Shown one piece after another: positions 38,381 to 49,242 of a DNA stretch of 64,000 nucleotides (its first letter is position 1; the number at the start of each line of letters is the position of its first letter). The position numbers and the translations under genes are program-made. Below the pieces are notes generated by a model, which worked only from the letters and a program-made list of their open reading frames with translations, did no database searches and was not told the DNA's origin. The stretch comes from an uncultured Gemmatimonadaceae bacterium (GTDB lineage Bacteria; Gemmatimonadota; Gemmatimonadetes; Gemmatimonadales; Gemmatimonadaceae): the NCBI GenBank assembly GCA_963761305.1, contig CAVXGK010000002.1, positions 448,001 through 512,000 on the forward strand, read 5' to 3'.

Positions 38381-39007
38381 ATGCCCATGACGAGTACTCG
38401 ACGGATCGCGGGTCTGGCGTCGGCAGCGCTGTGCGTAGCGGCGATCAGCGCATGTCACCACAGCCCACCACCCGCGACCCTGGCCCCGGTGATGCAGGCC
38501 TCCGGCCCGAACGCCGACAGTATTGCCCGTGCCCAGGCAGACGCGGCGCGACGCGCCGCCGAAGACGCCGCACGTCGCCGAGCCGCCGATAGCGCCGCCG
38601 CCGCCGCCGCAGCGGCGCGTCTACGTGCCAACGCCGGATCGCTCGCCACCACGCTCACGGCGATGATCCACTTCGACTACGATCAAGCGGACCTGCGCCC
38701 GAGCGATCGCGCGATTCTCGACGCCAAGGTGCCAATCCTGCAGGCGAATTCCGGCGTGATGCTTCGAGTCGCCGGCCACACGGATGAGCGCGGATCGGAC
38801 GAGTACAACCTCGCCCTCGGGCAGCGTCGCGCGGCGGCGGTGAAAGCGTATCTCGTGCAACACGGCATCGCCGACGCGCGCATTCAGACGGTGAGCTACG
38901 GCGAGGAACATCCGATCGCCCAAGGCGACGACGAATCGGCATGGTCGCAGAATCGGCGCGCCGAATTCGAGATCACCGGCGGCGGCGGGAATCTCCGCGC
39001 TCCATGA
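38381..39007 (+). CDS. pal: Peptidoglycan-associated lipoprotein
   Basis: Lipobox ISAC, IHFDYD, GHTDERGSDEYNLALGQRRA, SYGEE..NRRAE. Confidence 0.95.
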   Translation: MPMTSTRRIAGLASAALCVAAISACHHSPPPATLAPVMQASGPNADSIARAQADAARRAAEDAARRRAADSAAAAAAAARLRANAGSLATTLTAMIHFDYDQADLRPSDRAILDAKVPILQANSGVMLRVAGHTDERGSDEYNLALGQRRAAAVKAYLVQHGIADARIQTVSYGEEHPIAQGDDESAWSQNRRAEFEITGGGGNLRAP

Positions 39008-39840
39008 TGCATCGATCCGTCCGTTCGCTCATGACGCTCGCGCCCGTCGCCCTGTTCGCGGCGACGGGCTGTCTCGCCACGCAAGGCAGCATTCAAACGC
39101 TGCAGGACGAGATCCGCGCCTCGCGCTCGCAGCTCGCGCAGAACGACACCGCGATCCTTCGCGCCGAAGATGCTCGGCGGCGTGAGATCGCCACGCTCGC
39201 CGCGAACATCGACCGCCTGAACGATTCAGTGAGGGTGCTCACAGCGCGGCTGGCGCTTTTCCAAGCGAACGCGGCCGGGCAGTTCGACGCGATGGGCCAG
39301 CAGGTGATCAAGATCGAGTCGATTCTGGGACAGAACACGCGCGATCTGCAGGATCAGCGAACGCAGCTCGCGGCACTGCGCGAACAGGGCGTGACGGGCG
39401 CGACCGCCTCCGCTCCCACTTCGGCCGGCGGCCCGGACACGAGCCAGCGAGCGACCGGCGGGCTCCCGGGGCCGGCGACCATGTTCAGCTCCGCCGTGGA
39501 AGAATTCAGAAAGGGCAGCTATCGCACGGCCCGCTCGGGCTTCGAGGACTTGATCAAGGCCTACCCCGACTACGACCAGAACGCGCGAGCCCAGGTCTAC
39601 ATCGGCGACGCGTACAAGGCTGATGGGAACCCGGCGGCGGCGGACTCGGTATACCAGCTCGTCGAAACGAAATATCCGAGCAGTCCCGACGTTGCCGGCG
39701 CGCTGTGGCGCCGCGGCCGAATGCTATGGGACGCCAACAAGAAGAATGAGGCTCGGATCGTTCTCAATCGGCTGATCAACAAGTATCCTCAATCCGACGA
39801 AGCCGAGCTCGCAAAAGCACTGATGACCCCGAGCGAGTAG
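39004..39840 (+). CDS. cpoB: Tol-Pal system protein CpoB/YbgF
   Basis: Lipobox ATGC, coiled coil, C-terminal TPRs; follows pal. Confidence 0.82.
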   Translation: MMHRSVRSLMTLAPVALFAATGCLATQGSIQTLQDEIRASRSQLAQNDTAILRAEDARRREIATLAANIDRLNDSVRVLTARLALFQANAAGQFDAMGQQVIKIESILGQNTRDLQDQRTQLAALREQGVTGATASAPTSAGGPDTSQRATGGLPGPATMFSSAVEEFRKGSYRTARSGFEDLIKAYPDYDQNARAQVYIGDAYKADGNPAAADSVYQLVETKYPSSPDVAGALWRRGRMLWDANKKNEARIVLNRLINKYPQSDEAELAKALMTPSE

Positions 39841-39863
39841 GCGCCACGCGAGTCTCGAGCGGG

Positions 39864-40655
39864 ATGCCGATTCCGAAGTCCAAAACTGGAGAGATGCCGT
39901 TCCTCGATCACCTCGAGGAACTGCGATGGCGCATCATCTACTGCCTCATCGCGCTCGTCGCGTGCGTCGGCCTCGGATTCTGGCTGGCGGTGCAATACGA
40001 CGCGGTCGGATTGCTGGCGCGTCCCATTCTGCCGTTGATCCCCCAGCACAAGCTCGCATACCTCCATCCGAGCGAAGGCTTCACCGTCATCCTCGACACG
40101 GCGATGACCTTCGGGTTCGTCTTCGCGTCGCCGGTGATCATCTATCAGGTCTGGCAGTTCCTCGCGCCCGCGCTCAAGCAGCACGAGAAGCGGGTCGGAC
40201 TGGGCGTGCTGTTCAGCGGATTGGTGTTGTTCATCTCCGGCGCCGCACTCGCCTACTTCGTGGTCGTGCCGCTGGCGCTCCCGTGGTTGTTCCAGTTCGG
40301 CGGCCCGTCGCTGGTGCCGCTGATCACGGCAGAGGATTATTTCAGCTTTATCTTCGCGATGGTGTTGACGTTCGGCGTGAGCTTCGAGCTGCCCATCGTG
40401 ATCCTCGCCCTCGCGGCGCTCGGCATCGTCACGCCGGCGTTTCTCTCGAAATATCGGCGCCACGCGATCGTCCTCATCGTCATCATCGGCGCGTTCCTCA
40501 CGCCGGGCGACATGGTGTGGACGACGATCGCCCTGTCCGTGCCGCTGTACGGCCTGTATGAGTTGAGCGTCCTCGCCGCCTACGTGATCCATCGCCGCAA
40601 GCAGCGGCGCCGCGGCTTGGACAACGCTCCGCCGGAGGGGGGAGTGCCCGCGTGA
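39864..40655 (+). CDS. tatC: Twin-arginine translocase subunit TatC
   Basis: EMPFLDHLEELRWR, FELP, FLTPGD, LYELS. Confidence 0.95.
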   Translation: MPIPKSKTGEMPFLDHLEELRWRIIYCLIALVACVGLGFWLAVQYDAVGLLARPILPLIPQHKLAYLHPSEGFTVILDTAMTFGFVFASPVIIYQVWQFLAPALKQHEKRVGLGVLFSGLVLFISGAALAYFVVVPLALPWLFQFGGPSLVPLITAEDYFSFIFAMVLTFGVSFELPIVILALAALGIVTPAFLSKYRRHAIVLIVIIGAFLTPGDMVWTTIALSVPLYGLYELSVLAAYVIHRRKQRRRGLDNAPPEGGVPA

Positions 40656-43579
40656 AGCGGTGGGCGATCGCCGGCGCGTTGGTCGTCGCGTCGTTCGCCG
40701 GTTCAGTAAATGCTCAAATTCCGCGGCTGCCGGGCGGACGCGTTCAGCCCACGCCGCGCGACACGAGCAAAGACAGCACGAAGGTCAAGTGGGGGGCGCC
40801 GGACAGCGTCGCGCAGCGCCTGCTGCAGTTGCGGGGCTACACCGTCACGCGCTATCAGGGCGACACCGCCGTCTTCAACGCCCAGACGCACGCCCTCGAC
40901 CTGCTCGCCGCCAAGAAGCGCATCGCCGCCGTCGATCGCGACTCGCAGACGATCGTCAGCGACAGCGGCATCTACTACACGGAGACGACGCACAAGGTCG
41001 TCTCGGGCGGCAAGTACCGCGTCACGCCGCCGCCGAACAGCGGACAAGCCGACATCGTCGGCCACGGGCGGCTCGATTACAGCCTCGCGCAGCGCACGGC
41101 GCGCATCACCAACGCCAAGCTGCCGGTCAACAACGGCGAGATGTGGTACATGGACATCGCGCTCGCCGAGGTCATGCAGGATACGACGCAGACTGGGAAG
41201 GGCGTCACGGTCTGGGGAAGAGGCGGGTCGATCACGAGTTGCCCCGACTCCATCCCCGACTGGCACCTCCAGGTCGGCGAGACGAAGCGCACGTCCGACA
41301 ACATGATCGCGGCGCGGCCGGCGGTGCTCTACATCCGGGACGTGCCGGTGATGTGGTTCCCGTTCTTCTTCAGCGACACCAAGAGCGGCCGCCATAGCGG
41401 AATCATCACGCCTGAATTCGGCCTCGGCGACATCGTCCGCAACAGCTCCAGCTACCGGCGCCACGTGGACCACGCCGGCTACTACTGGGCGACGAGCGAC
41501 TACATGGACTTCGCGACGTGGCTCGACTGGCGGAGCTCCGCCGGCGCCACGGAAGGCGACCCCGGGTGGCTCAAGCTCAACGGGGATTGGAGCTACAAGT
41601 GGCTCGATCGGTTCCTGAGCGGACGCGTCGGCCTGGGGTATACGACCCAGCGCGACGGCACGACCAACACCGCGGTGAGCTGGACTCACCAACAAGAGTT
41701 CTCGAAAGACAGCCACATTCAGGCGAACGTCAACTTCGTCACCAGCACCGCGCTCCAACGGCAGAACACGTTCAACCCGTACACCGCGCTGGCGACGATC
41801 GCGTCGGCGCTCGCGTATCAGACGAAGCTCGGGCCGGCCTCGGTGTCGATCGGGGGCACGCGCACGCAGTACCCCGGCCGGCAGCAGATCGACCAGACGG
41901 TGCCGACGGTCAATCTCACGTCGACGCCGATAACGCTCGGCGACTACTTCAGCTGGACGCCCGCCTTCAGCTACTCGCAGCACGATGTGCTGCGCATGGA
42001 TCAGCCGGGCATCGGCGCCTACGTCTTCACCACGGATCAGATCACCGGCCTGCGCGACAGTACGCTGGCGAAGAACCGCAGCTCGAGCGACGAGACGATG
42101 ACGATTGGGGCGCCGCTCCAGATCTTCGGTTTCGCCCTCAACAACTCGGTCAACATCCACCAACAGCGCCAGGATTTCGCGCAGCAGTTCCAGATCTACA
42201 ACGTCGAGACCGGGGCGGTGACCGACACGCGCGTCTTCGCGGCGACGTACCGGAGCGAAGTCGACTGGAATCCGGACTTCAAGCTGCCGGGGTTCTGGCA
42301 GAACAAGTTCAACCTCACGCCGTCGATCAGCCTGCAGAACGCCGACCCGGGACCGTTCTGGGTGGCGTCCGAGCGCACGAACGGCGTGTACGTGCACCAG
42401 GGCAAGCGCCTGACCGGCGGCCTGAGCGCGTCGCCGACGATCTTCGGCCTCTTTCCCGGATTCGGTCCCTTCGAACGCATTCGCCATTCGCTCACGCCCA
42501 CGATCAGCTACTCCTGGGGACCGCGCGCCGACGTGAGCGACGAGTACTTGGCCGCGCTGGGTCGCACGCGCGCAGGATCCTTCACGAACCTGCCGCTCAG
42601 CAACATCAACCTCGGGCTCACGCAGTTGTTCCAGGCGAAGCTTCGGGCGCGGAACGATTCGAATCCGGACGGCGGACACAAGATCGATCTGCTCGCGATC
42701 ACGATGACGCCGCTGAGCTACGACTTCGCGCGGGCGCAGGGGCACGCGAGGACCGCCGGCTTCACCAGCGACAGCTGGGGGTATTCGCTCCGCTCGGATT
42801 TGCTGCCCGGCTTCGACTTCTCGAGCCAGTACTCGCTCTTCCTCGGCAGCACGCTGAGCGACACCGCGTTGTTCAAGCCGTATCTCACGTCGATCTCGGC
42901 GTCGTTCACGTTGAGCCGCGATCAGAATCCTCTGACGGTGTTTCGCAAGCTATTCGGCGGACCGCCGCCGCCAACGGACTCGGCCAAGAAAGCCGAGGCG
43001 GAAGCCGCTGCCTCCAGGATCAGAGCCGAGAACGCCGCGGCGCAGCCGGTCGCCGGCACCGTGCGCGGACCCGAGCGTTTTCTGCAGCAGTCGACTGGGT
43101 GGCGCGCCCATTTCGATCTCACCCGCTCGAGCCCGCGGCCGCCCAAGCCCGGCCCCAACGTCATCGACTTCGATCCGCGCGCGCGTTGTGCGCAAATCAC
43201 CGGTTCGAATACGATCTTGTTCGACCAGTGCGTCGCCGCCCAACAGGCGCAGCCGACGACGGACACGCCGGTCGTTTCCGCCACCGCCGGCGGCCCCGCG
43301 TACAACATTCCGCCGACGACGAATCTCACCTCCGACATCGCGTTCAACTTGACGCCGAAGTGGGGAACACACTGGATCACGAGCTACGACCTCGAGCACC
43401 ACGCGTTCGCCAGCCAGAACGTGCAGCTGCAGCGCGATCTGCACGATTGGGAGGCGCTCTTCGGCTACACGCAGTCGCCCAACGGAAACTTCGCGTTCAC
43501 GTTCACGATCCGCCTCAAGGCGGACGCCGACCTCAAGTTCGACTACAATCGCGCGACGGTGCGATCGGGCACCTTCTAG
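40652..43579 (+). CDS. lptD: LPS-assembly outer membrane beta-barrel, LptD-like
   Basis: Signal peptide, ITSC..PDWH, VPVMWFPF, RHSGIITP, C-terminal RDLHDWEA beta-strands. Confidence 0.8.
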   Translation: MKRWAIAGALVVASFAGSVNAQIPRLPGGRVQPTPRDTSKDSTKVKWGAPDSVAQRLLQLRGYTVTRYQGDTAVFNAQTHALDLLAAKKRIAAVDRDSQTIVSDSGIYYTETTHKVVSGGKYRVTPPPNSGQADIVGHGRLDYSLAQRTARITNAKLPVNNGEMWYMDIALAEVMQDTTQTGKGVTVWGRGGSITSCPDSIPDWHLQVGETKRTSDNMIAARPAVLYIRDVPVMWFPFFFSDTKSGRHSGIITPEFGLGDIVRNSSSYRRHVDHAGYYWATSDYMDFATWLDWRSSAGATEGDPGWLKLNGDWSYKWLDRFLSGRVGLGYTTQRDGTTNTAVSWTHQQEFSKDSHIQANVNFVTSTALQRQNTFNPYTALATIASALAYQTKLGPASVSIGGTRTQYPGRQQIDQTVPTVNLTSTPITLGDYFSWTPAFSYSQHDVLRMDQPGIGAYVFTTDQITGLRDSTLAKNRSSSDETMTIGAPLQIFGFALNNSVNIHQQRQDFAQQFQIYNVETGAVTDTRVFAATYRSEVDWNPDFKLPGFWQNKFNLTPSISLQNADPGPFWVASERTNGVYVHQGKRLTGGLSASPTIFGLFPGFGPFERIRHSLTPTISYSWGPRADVSDEYLAALGRTRAGSFTNLPLSNINLGLTQLFQAKLRARNDSNPDGGHKIDLLAITMTPLSYDFARAQGHARTAGFTSDSWGYSLRSDLLPGFDFSSQYSLFLGSTLSDTALFKPYLTSISASFTLSRDQNPLTVFRKLFGGPPPPTDSAKKAEAEAAASRIRAENAAAQPVAGTVRGPERFLQQSTGWRAHFDLTRSSPRPPKPGPNVIDFDPRARCAQITGSNTILFDQCVAAQQAQPTTDTPVVSATAGGPAYNIPPTTNLTSDIAFNLTPKWGTHWITSYDLEHHAFASQNVQLQRDLHDWEALFGYTQSPNGNFAFTFTIRLKADADLKFDYNRATVRSGTF

Positions 43580-43590
43580 CAGCGCGTGAG

Positions 43591-43619
43591 AAGGGATCGC
43601 GCCCACGGCGCAATCCCTT
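43591..43619. terminator. Terminator-like hairpin between lptD and hutH
   Basis: AAGGGATcGCGCC-CAC-GGCGCaATCCCTT; weak U tract. Confidence 0.5.
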
Positions 43620-43652
43620 GAATTGTCCCCACCGCCCGTCGACATTCCCGCC

Positions 43653-45176
43653 ATGACGCACGAGGTCGTCATCGACGGCGATTCGCTCACGGTCGAACAG
43701 GTATCGTCGGTCGCGACCGATCGCGCGCGCGTGGCGATCGCACCGCGCGCGCGGCAACGCGCCGCCACGACCCGAGCCGTCGTCGACAAACTGGTGGCCA
43801 GCGGTGCCGTCGCCTACGGCGTCACGACGGGATTCGGCAAGCTCTCCGAGGTCGCGATCCCACCGGACCGGCTGGCCGAGCTGCAGGTGAATCTCGTGCG
43901 CAGCCACGCGGCGGGCGTCGGCGATTTGCTCCCGGAGCGTGAGGTTCGCGCGATGATGCTTCTCCGCGCGAACGTCATCGCCAAAGGTTTTTCCGGCGCC
44001 CGCATCGACCTCGCGGACTTGCTCGTCGGCATGCTGAACGCGGACCTCTATCCGCCAGTGCCGGAGCAGGGCAGCGTCGGCGCGAGCGGCGACCTCGCCC
44101 CGCTGGCCCATCTCGCCCTCTCGTTGATCGGCGAAGGCGCGCTCCGCCGCGGGACGGCGCAGGGATCGGCCAACAATCTCCTGCATGCCGCCGGCCTCGA
44201 GCCGATCACGCTGGCGAGCAAGGAAGGACTCACCCTCATCAACGGCACGCAGGCGCATACGTCGATCGCCGCGCTGGCGCTCGTCGACGCGCGACGTCTG
44301 TGGCGCGCGGCGCACATCGCCGGCGCGATGTCGCTGGAGGCGCTGCTCGGCACGCCCGTCGCGTTCGACGAGCGGATTCAGTCGGCGCGCGGCCAGGTGG
44401 GACAAGCCGCATCGGCGGCCTATCTGCGCCTGCTCCTGGCCGAGAGCGAGATTCGCGAGTCGCATCGCTACAACGATCCGCGCGTACAGGACGCCTACGC
44501 GTTGCGCTGCATGCCGCAGGTGCACGGTCCGGTGCTCGACGCGATCGAGTTCGCCGCCGGTATCATCGGCCGCGAGCTGAACGCCGCCACCGACAATCCG
44601 CTCGTGTTCGACACGGGCGATCTCCTGAGCGGCGGCAACTTTCACGGGCAGTCGGTGGCGATGGCGCTCGACTTCCTCGCCATCGCGCTGACCAACCTCG
44701 CGACCATCTCCGAGCGACGCACTGACCGGCTCGTGAACCCGGACCTGAATCAGGGGCTGCCGGCGTTCCTCACCGCCGACGCGGGCGTGAATTCCGGCTT
44801 CATGATGGCGCAAGTCACCGCGGCGGCGATCGCCAGCGAGTGCAAGGTGCTCTCGCACCCGGCGAGCGTCGACACGATTCCGACGGACGGCAACAAGGAA
44901 GACGTGGTCCCGATGGCGATGGCGGCGGCGTGGAAACTGCGCCGCATCGTGCGCAACGTGCGATACGTGCTGGCGGTCGAGCTCATGTGCGCGGCGCAAG
45001 GGATCGATTGCCGCGCGCCGCTCAAACCGGGGCGCGGCGTGGCCCGCGCGCACGAAGCCGTGCGCAAGCTCGTCGCGCCGCTCGAGCGCGATCGCACGCT
45101 TTCGCCCGACATCGAGCGGCTCGCGCAAGCGATCGCCGACGACGAAATCCCCGGTCCTCCACTGAACGGTCGGTAG
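43653..45176 (+). CDS. hutH: Histidine ammonia-lyase
   Basis: [11 protein letters not shown]-forming [35 protein letters not shown]. Confidence 0.96.
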   Translation: MTHEVVIDGDSLTVEQVSSVATDRARVAIAPRARQRAATTRAVVDKLVASGAVAYGVTTGFGKLSEVAIPPDRLAELQVNLVRSHAAGVGDLLPEREVRAMMLLRANVIAKGFSGARIDLADLLVGMLNADLYPPVPEQGSVGASGDLAPLAHLALSLIGEGALRRGTAQGSANNLLHAAGLEPITLASKEGLTLINGTQAHTSIAALALVDARRLWRAAHIAGAMSLEALLGTPVAFDERIQSARGQVGQAASAAYLRLLLAESEIRESHRYNDPRVQDAYALRCMPQVHGPVLDAIEFAAGIIGRELNAATDNPLVFDTGDLLSGGNFHGQSVAMALDFLAIALTNLATISERRTDRLVNPDLNQGLPAFLTADAGVNSGFMMAQVTAAAIASECKVLSHPASVDTIPTDGNKEDVVPMAMAAAWKLRRIVRNVRYVLAVELMCAAQGIDCRAPLKPGRGVARAHEAVRKLVAPLERDRTLSPDIERLAQAIADDEIPGPPLNGR

Positions 45177-45180
45177 CGCA

Positions 45181-46872
45181 ATGACGGCGACGATTCACGA
45201 AACGAACGCGGAGAAGGCACACACGGCGCGGCTGGTTCGCGCACCGCGCGGAACGACGCTCTCGTGCAAGGGTTGGCAGCAGGAAGCCGCCCTTCGAATG
45301 CTGATGAACAACCTCGACCCCGAGGTCGCCGAGCGGCCCGACGATCTCGTCGTGTACGGCGGCACGGGCAAAGCCGCGCGCAGTTGGGAGGCGTTCGACG
45401 CCATCGTCGCCGCGCTCCGGAAACTCGAGAGCGACGAGACGCTCCTCGTGCAGAGCGGCAAACCGGTCGGCGTATTCCGCACCCACACCACCGCGCCACG
45501 CGTGCTCATCGCCAACTCGAACCTCGTGGGCCGGTGGGCGAACTGGGATTACTTTCGCGAGCTGGAACGCGCCGGGTTGATCATGTACGGCCAGATGACG
45601 GCGGGCTCGTGGATCTACATCGGCTCGCAAGGAATTCTTCAAGGCACGTACGAGACGTTCGGCGCGGTGGCGCGCACGCACTTCGGCGGATCGCTCGCCG
45701 GACGGTTCGTGCTCACGGCGGGACTCGGCGGCATGGGCGGCGCACAGCCGCTCGCCGCGACGATGAACGGCGCCGCGATCCTCGGCGTGGATGTGGACGA
45801 AGCGCGCATCGACAAGCGTTTGGAGACGGGCTACTGCGACCGCAAGACGGGCAGCCTCGACGAGGCGCTCACCTGGATCCGCGAGGCGACGTCGTCCAAG
45901 AGAGCCCTCTCGGTCGGTTTGGTCGGCAACGCCGCCGAGGTGTTGCCCGAGCTCGTACGGCGCGGCGTCACACCGGACGTGCTCACCGATCAGACGAGCG
46001 CGCACGACACGCTCAATGGCTATGTGCCGGCGGGACTCTCGCTCGCCGCCGCGGCTGAACTCCGTCGGGCCGACCCGAAGGCATACGTCGCGCGCGCCAA
46101 CACGTCGATCGTCGAGCACGTGCGCGCGATGCTGGCCATGCAACTGCGCGGTGCGATCACGTTCGACTACGGCAACAACATCCGCACGGTCGCCCTGGAC
46201 AGCGGCGTGGCCAACGCGTTCGACATTCCGGGCTTCGTGCCCGAGTACGTGCGCCCGCTCTTCTGCGAAGGAAAGGGGCCGTTCCGCTGGGTCGCGCTCT
46301 CGGGCGATCCGCGCGACCTGTCGCGCACCGACGAGCTCGTGCTCGAGCTATTCCCGCACGACGAGCACCTCAAACGTTGGATCACGCTGGCGCGCGAGCG
46401 AGTGCACTTTCAGGGATTGCCGGCGCGCATCTGCTGGCTCGGACAGGGTGAACGCGCGCGCTTCGGCGTCGCCCTCAACGACCTCGTCGCGAAGGGCGAG
46501 ATCTCGGCGCCGATCGTCATCGGGCGCGATCACCTCGACACGGGAAGCGTCGCGTCGCCGTTCCGTGAAACGGAAGCGATGCGCGACGGCAGCGACGCGA
46601 TCGCCGACTGGCCGATCCTCAACGCGCTGCTGAACACGGCGAGCGGCGCGTCGTGGGTGTCGTTCCACCACGGCGGCGGCGTCGGCATCGGCAACTCGCT
46701 GCATGCAGGCCAGGTGATCGTCGCCGACGGGACGCCTGAGATGCGCATACGACTCGAGCGCGTGCTGACGAATGATCCGGGCATCGGTGTGGCGCGCCAC
46801 GCCGACGCGGGGTACGAGATCGCCGTGCGCACCGCGGCGGAGCAGGGCATTCGCCTGCCGATGCGCGACTGA
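45181..46872 (+). CDS. hutU: Urocanate hydratase
   Basis: [36 protein letters not shown]. Confidence 0.98.
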   Translation: MTATIHETNAEKAHTARLVRAPRGTTLSCKGWQQEAALRMLMNNLDPEVAERPDDLVVYGGTGKAARSWEAFDAIVAALRKLESDETLLVQSGKPVGVFRTHTTAPRVLIANSNLVGRWANWDYFRELERAGLIMYGQMTAGSWIYIGSQGILQGTYETFGAVARTHFGGSLAGRFVLTAGLGGMGGAQPLAATMNGAAILGVDVDEARIDKRLETGYCDRKTGSLDEALTWIREATSSKRALSVGLVGNAAEVLPELVRRGVTPDVLTDQTSAHDTLNGYVPAGLSLAAAAELRRADPKAYVARANTSIVEHVRAMLAMQLRGAITFDYGNNIRTVALDSGVANAFDIPGFVPEYVRPLFCEGKGPFRWVALSGDPRDLSRTDELVLELFPHDEHLKRWITLARERVHFQGLPARICWLGQGERARFGVALNDLVAKGEISAPIVIGRDHLDTGSVASPFRETEAMRDGSDAIADWPILNALLNTASGASWVSFHHGGGVGIGNSLHAGQVIVADGTPEMRIRLERVLTNDPGIGVARHADAGYEIAVRTAAEQGIRLPMRD

Positions 46873-46893
46873 CGGCAGCGCGAGCAAACACGC

Positions 46894-47865
46894 ATGCTGT
46901 CCGCGCGCTTCCAGCCGTGGCACGTCGCCCTCTTCCTCGGGAAGTACGCGTGGCTCACGGCGCGCCGGCGTCCGGTGCTGGTGCATTTCGAGGTCACGCT
47001 ACGCTGCAACGCGCGCTGTTCGTTCTGCGACTACTGGACGACCGACGCGTCCGCACGCGCCTCCGAGCTCAAGAGCTACGCCGACGCCGCGCGGTTCTTC
47101 AACCCGATGCTGGTGACGTTCACCGGCGGCGAACCGACGCTCCGCCGCGACCTCGAGGCCCTGGTCGCCGGGGTGAACGGCGCGATCTCGCTCAAGTACA
47201 TCACGCTCATCACGCACGGGGCGATGCTGACGCCGGATCGAGCGCTGTCGCTCTGGGACGCCGGGGTGAACCAGTTCAACATCTCGCTCGACTATCTCGA
47301 CGAGCGGCACGACCAAGCCCGCGGGATTCCCGGGCTCGGCGCGCGCATTTTCGCCGCGGTGCCCGCGATGCGCGCGCGGGGTATCGACAACATCCGGTTC
47401 AACACGGTCATTAAGAACGACAACCTCGACCAGATCGTGCCGATCGCGCGCCGCGCCGAGGAAATGGACGTCGGCGTGAACTTCAGCGTCTACACCGATG
47501 CCAAGAACGGCAATCAGGATTTTCTCATCGGCAAGCGCGAGCTGGCACAGGCCGACGACGTCGTGCGCGAGCTGCTCGCGTTCAAGCGCCGGCGCCGCGG
47601 CGTGATCACGAACTCGGACTACTATCTCGAGCAGATTCCGAGATATCTGCGCGGCGAGATGCGCGAGCCCTGCCAGTCGGGCATTCGCACGATTCACATC
47701 GATCCCGCCGGGCAGGTGAAGCGCTGTCCCGATTTTCCCACCGATTTTCACTGGCGGGATTTTCGCAAGTACGAGCCCGTGAACTGCAACGCGTGCTACT
47801 ACGCCTGTCGTGGCGAGGCGCAGGCGCCGCTCCGCATCTCGCGCATTCGCGACGTGATGGCATGA
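46894..47865 (+). CDS. Radical SAM protein with a twitch/SPASM-type C-terminus, function unknown
   Basis: CNARCSFC, TGGEP, CQSG..IDPAGQVKRCP, CNACYYAC. Confidence 0.92.
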   Translation: MLSARFQPWHVALFLGKYAWLTARRRPVLVHFEVTLRCNARCSFCDYWTTDASARASELKSYADAARFFNPMLVTFTGGEPTLRRDLEALVAGVNGAISLKYITLITHGAMLTPDRALSLWDAGVNQFNISLDYLDERHDQARGIPGLGARIFAAVPAMRARGIDNIRFNTVIKNDNLDQIVPIARRAEEMDVGVNFSVYTDAKNGNQDFLIGKRELAQADDVVRELLAFKRRRRGVITNSDYYLEQIPRYLRGEMREPCQSGIRTIHIDPAGQVKRCPDFPTDFHWRDFRKYEPVNCNACYYACRGEAQAPLRISRIRDVMA

Positions 47866-49175
47866 GCGAAAGCACCGGGGACCGAGGCGGGGTGCGGAAG
47901 CGCTCGGATGAGACGCTCATCTTCGCGAACGCGGCGCAGGTGGTGACGTGCCGCGGGCCGGGACGCGCGCGCCGCGGACACGAGATGGCCGACGCCGGCA
48001 TCCGCACCGGCGTGGCCGTGGCCGTCGAGAACGGGAAGATCGCCGCCGTCGAGCCGCTGAGCGACCTGCGCGAGCGATTCCCGCGCGCGCCCGAGATCGA
48101 TTGTCGCGGCGGGGTTCTCATGCCCGGGCTCGTCGATTCGCACACCCATGGCGTGTTCGGCCGTCCGCGCTACGACGAGCCCGAGCTCCGCGCCGCGGGG
48201 CTGGATTACATGGAGATCGCGCGGCGCGGCGGTGGCATTCACTCGTCGGTGCGCGACCTGCGCGCGCGGTCGGAGGACGAGTTGTTCGACCTCGCCAACG
48301 AGCGCCTGCGCCGCCTCATGGCCCACGGCACGACGACGATCGAGGTGAAGTCGGGCTACGGGCTCACGCTCGACGACGAGCTCAAGACGCTCCGCGTGAT
48401 CGACCGGCTCCGCCGCGAGCTTCCGGCGCGCATCGTCCCGACGTTCCTCGGCGCGCACGAGATTCCGCTCGACCACCGCGGCTCGGACGCCGACCGGCGG
48501 CGGTATGTGGAGATCCTCATTCAGGAAATGATACCCGCCGTGTCGCGCGAGCGGCTGGCGCGGTTCGCCGACGTCTTCTGCGAGACGGGCGTGTACACGG
48601 TGGACGAGAGCCGCGAGATCCTCTCCGCGGCGCGCCGCGCCGGGCTCCTGGTGAAGCTGCACGCCGACGAGTTGACGTCGTCGGGCGGAGCCGAGTTGGC
48701 GGCGGAGCTGGGGGCGGTGTCGGCCGACCACCTGGCGGCGATCTCGGAGGCCGGCATCGACGCCTTGTCCCAGGGACCAACCGTCGCCACGCTCCTTCCC
48801 GGGACGATGCTCTTTCTGGGCAAGACGAAACACGCCCCCGCGAGACGCCTGATCGAGCGCGGGATCCCCGTCGCGCTTGCAACTGATTTCAACCCAGGGA
48901 CTTCGCCGACGCCCAACTTCCCGCTGGTCCTGACCTTGGGGGTCAGCCAGCTCAAATTGAGCGTCGCCGAAGCGACCGTGGCGGCCACGGTGAACGGGGC
49001 CGCGGCGCTCGCATTTGGGGACCAAATCGGCCAGATCGAACCGGGCTATCTCGCTGACCTGGCATTGTTTGACGTTCCTGACCTTCGAGCCGTCCCATAT
49101 TGGTATGGCGACAACCTTTGCACCGCCACCTTCGTGGGGGGCAAACCTTGTCACCAGAACCACTTAGGTCACTGA
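47862..49175 (+). CDS. hutI: Imidazolonepropionase
   Basis: PGLVDSHTH, EVKSGYGL, DVFCE, LHADEL, ATDFNPG. Confidence 0.96.
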   Translation: MSESTGDRGGVRKRSDETLIFANAAQVVTCRGPGRARRGHEMADAGIRTGVAVAVENGKIAAVEPLSDLRERFPRAPEIDCRGGVLMPGLVDSHTHGVFGRPRYDEPELRAAGLDYMEIARRGGGIHSSVRDLRARSEDELFDLANERLRRLMAHGTTTIEVKSGYGLTLDDELKTLRVIDRLRRELPARIVPTFLGAHEIPLDHRGSDADRRRYVEILIQEMIPAVSRERLARFADVFCETGVYTVDESREILSAARRAGLLVKLHADELTSSGGAELAAELGAVSADHLAAISEAGIDALSQGPTVATLLPGTMLFLGKTKHAPARRLIERGIPVALATDFNPGTSPTPNFPLVLTLGVSQLKLSVAEATVAATVNGAAALAFGDQIGQIEPGYLADLALFDVPDLRAVPYWYGDNLCTATFVGGKPCHQNHLGH

Positions 49176-49242
49176 CGGCCGACTCGGCGCGATCTGAGCG
49201 GCCCGTTTCCGTCCAAGGCCCTCGTCCGCACCCATCTGGCTG

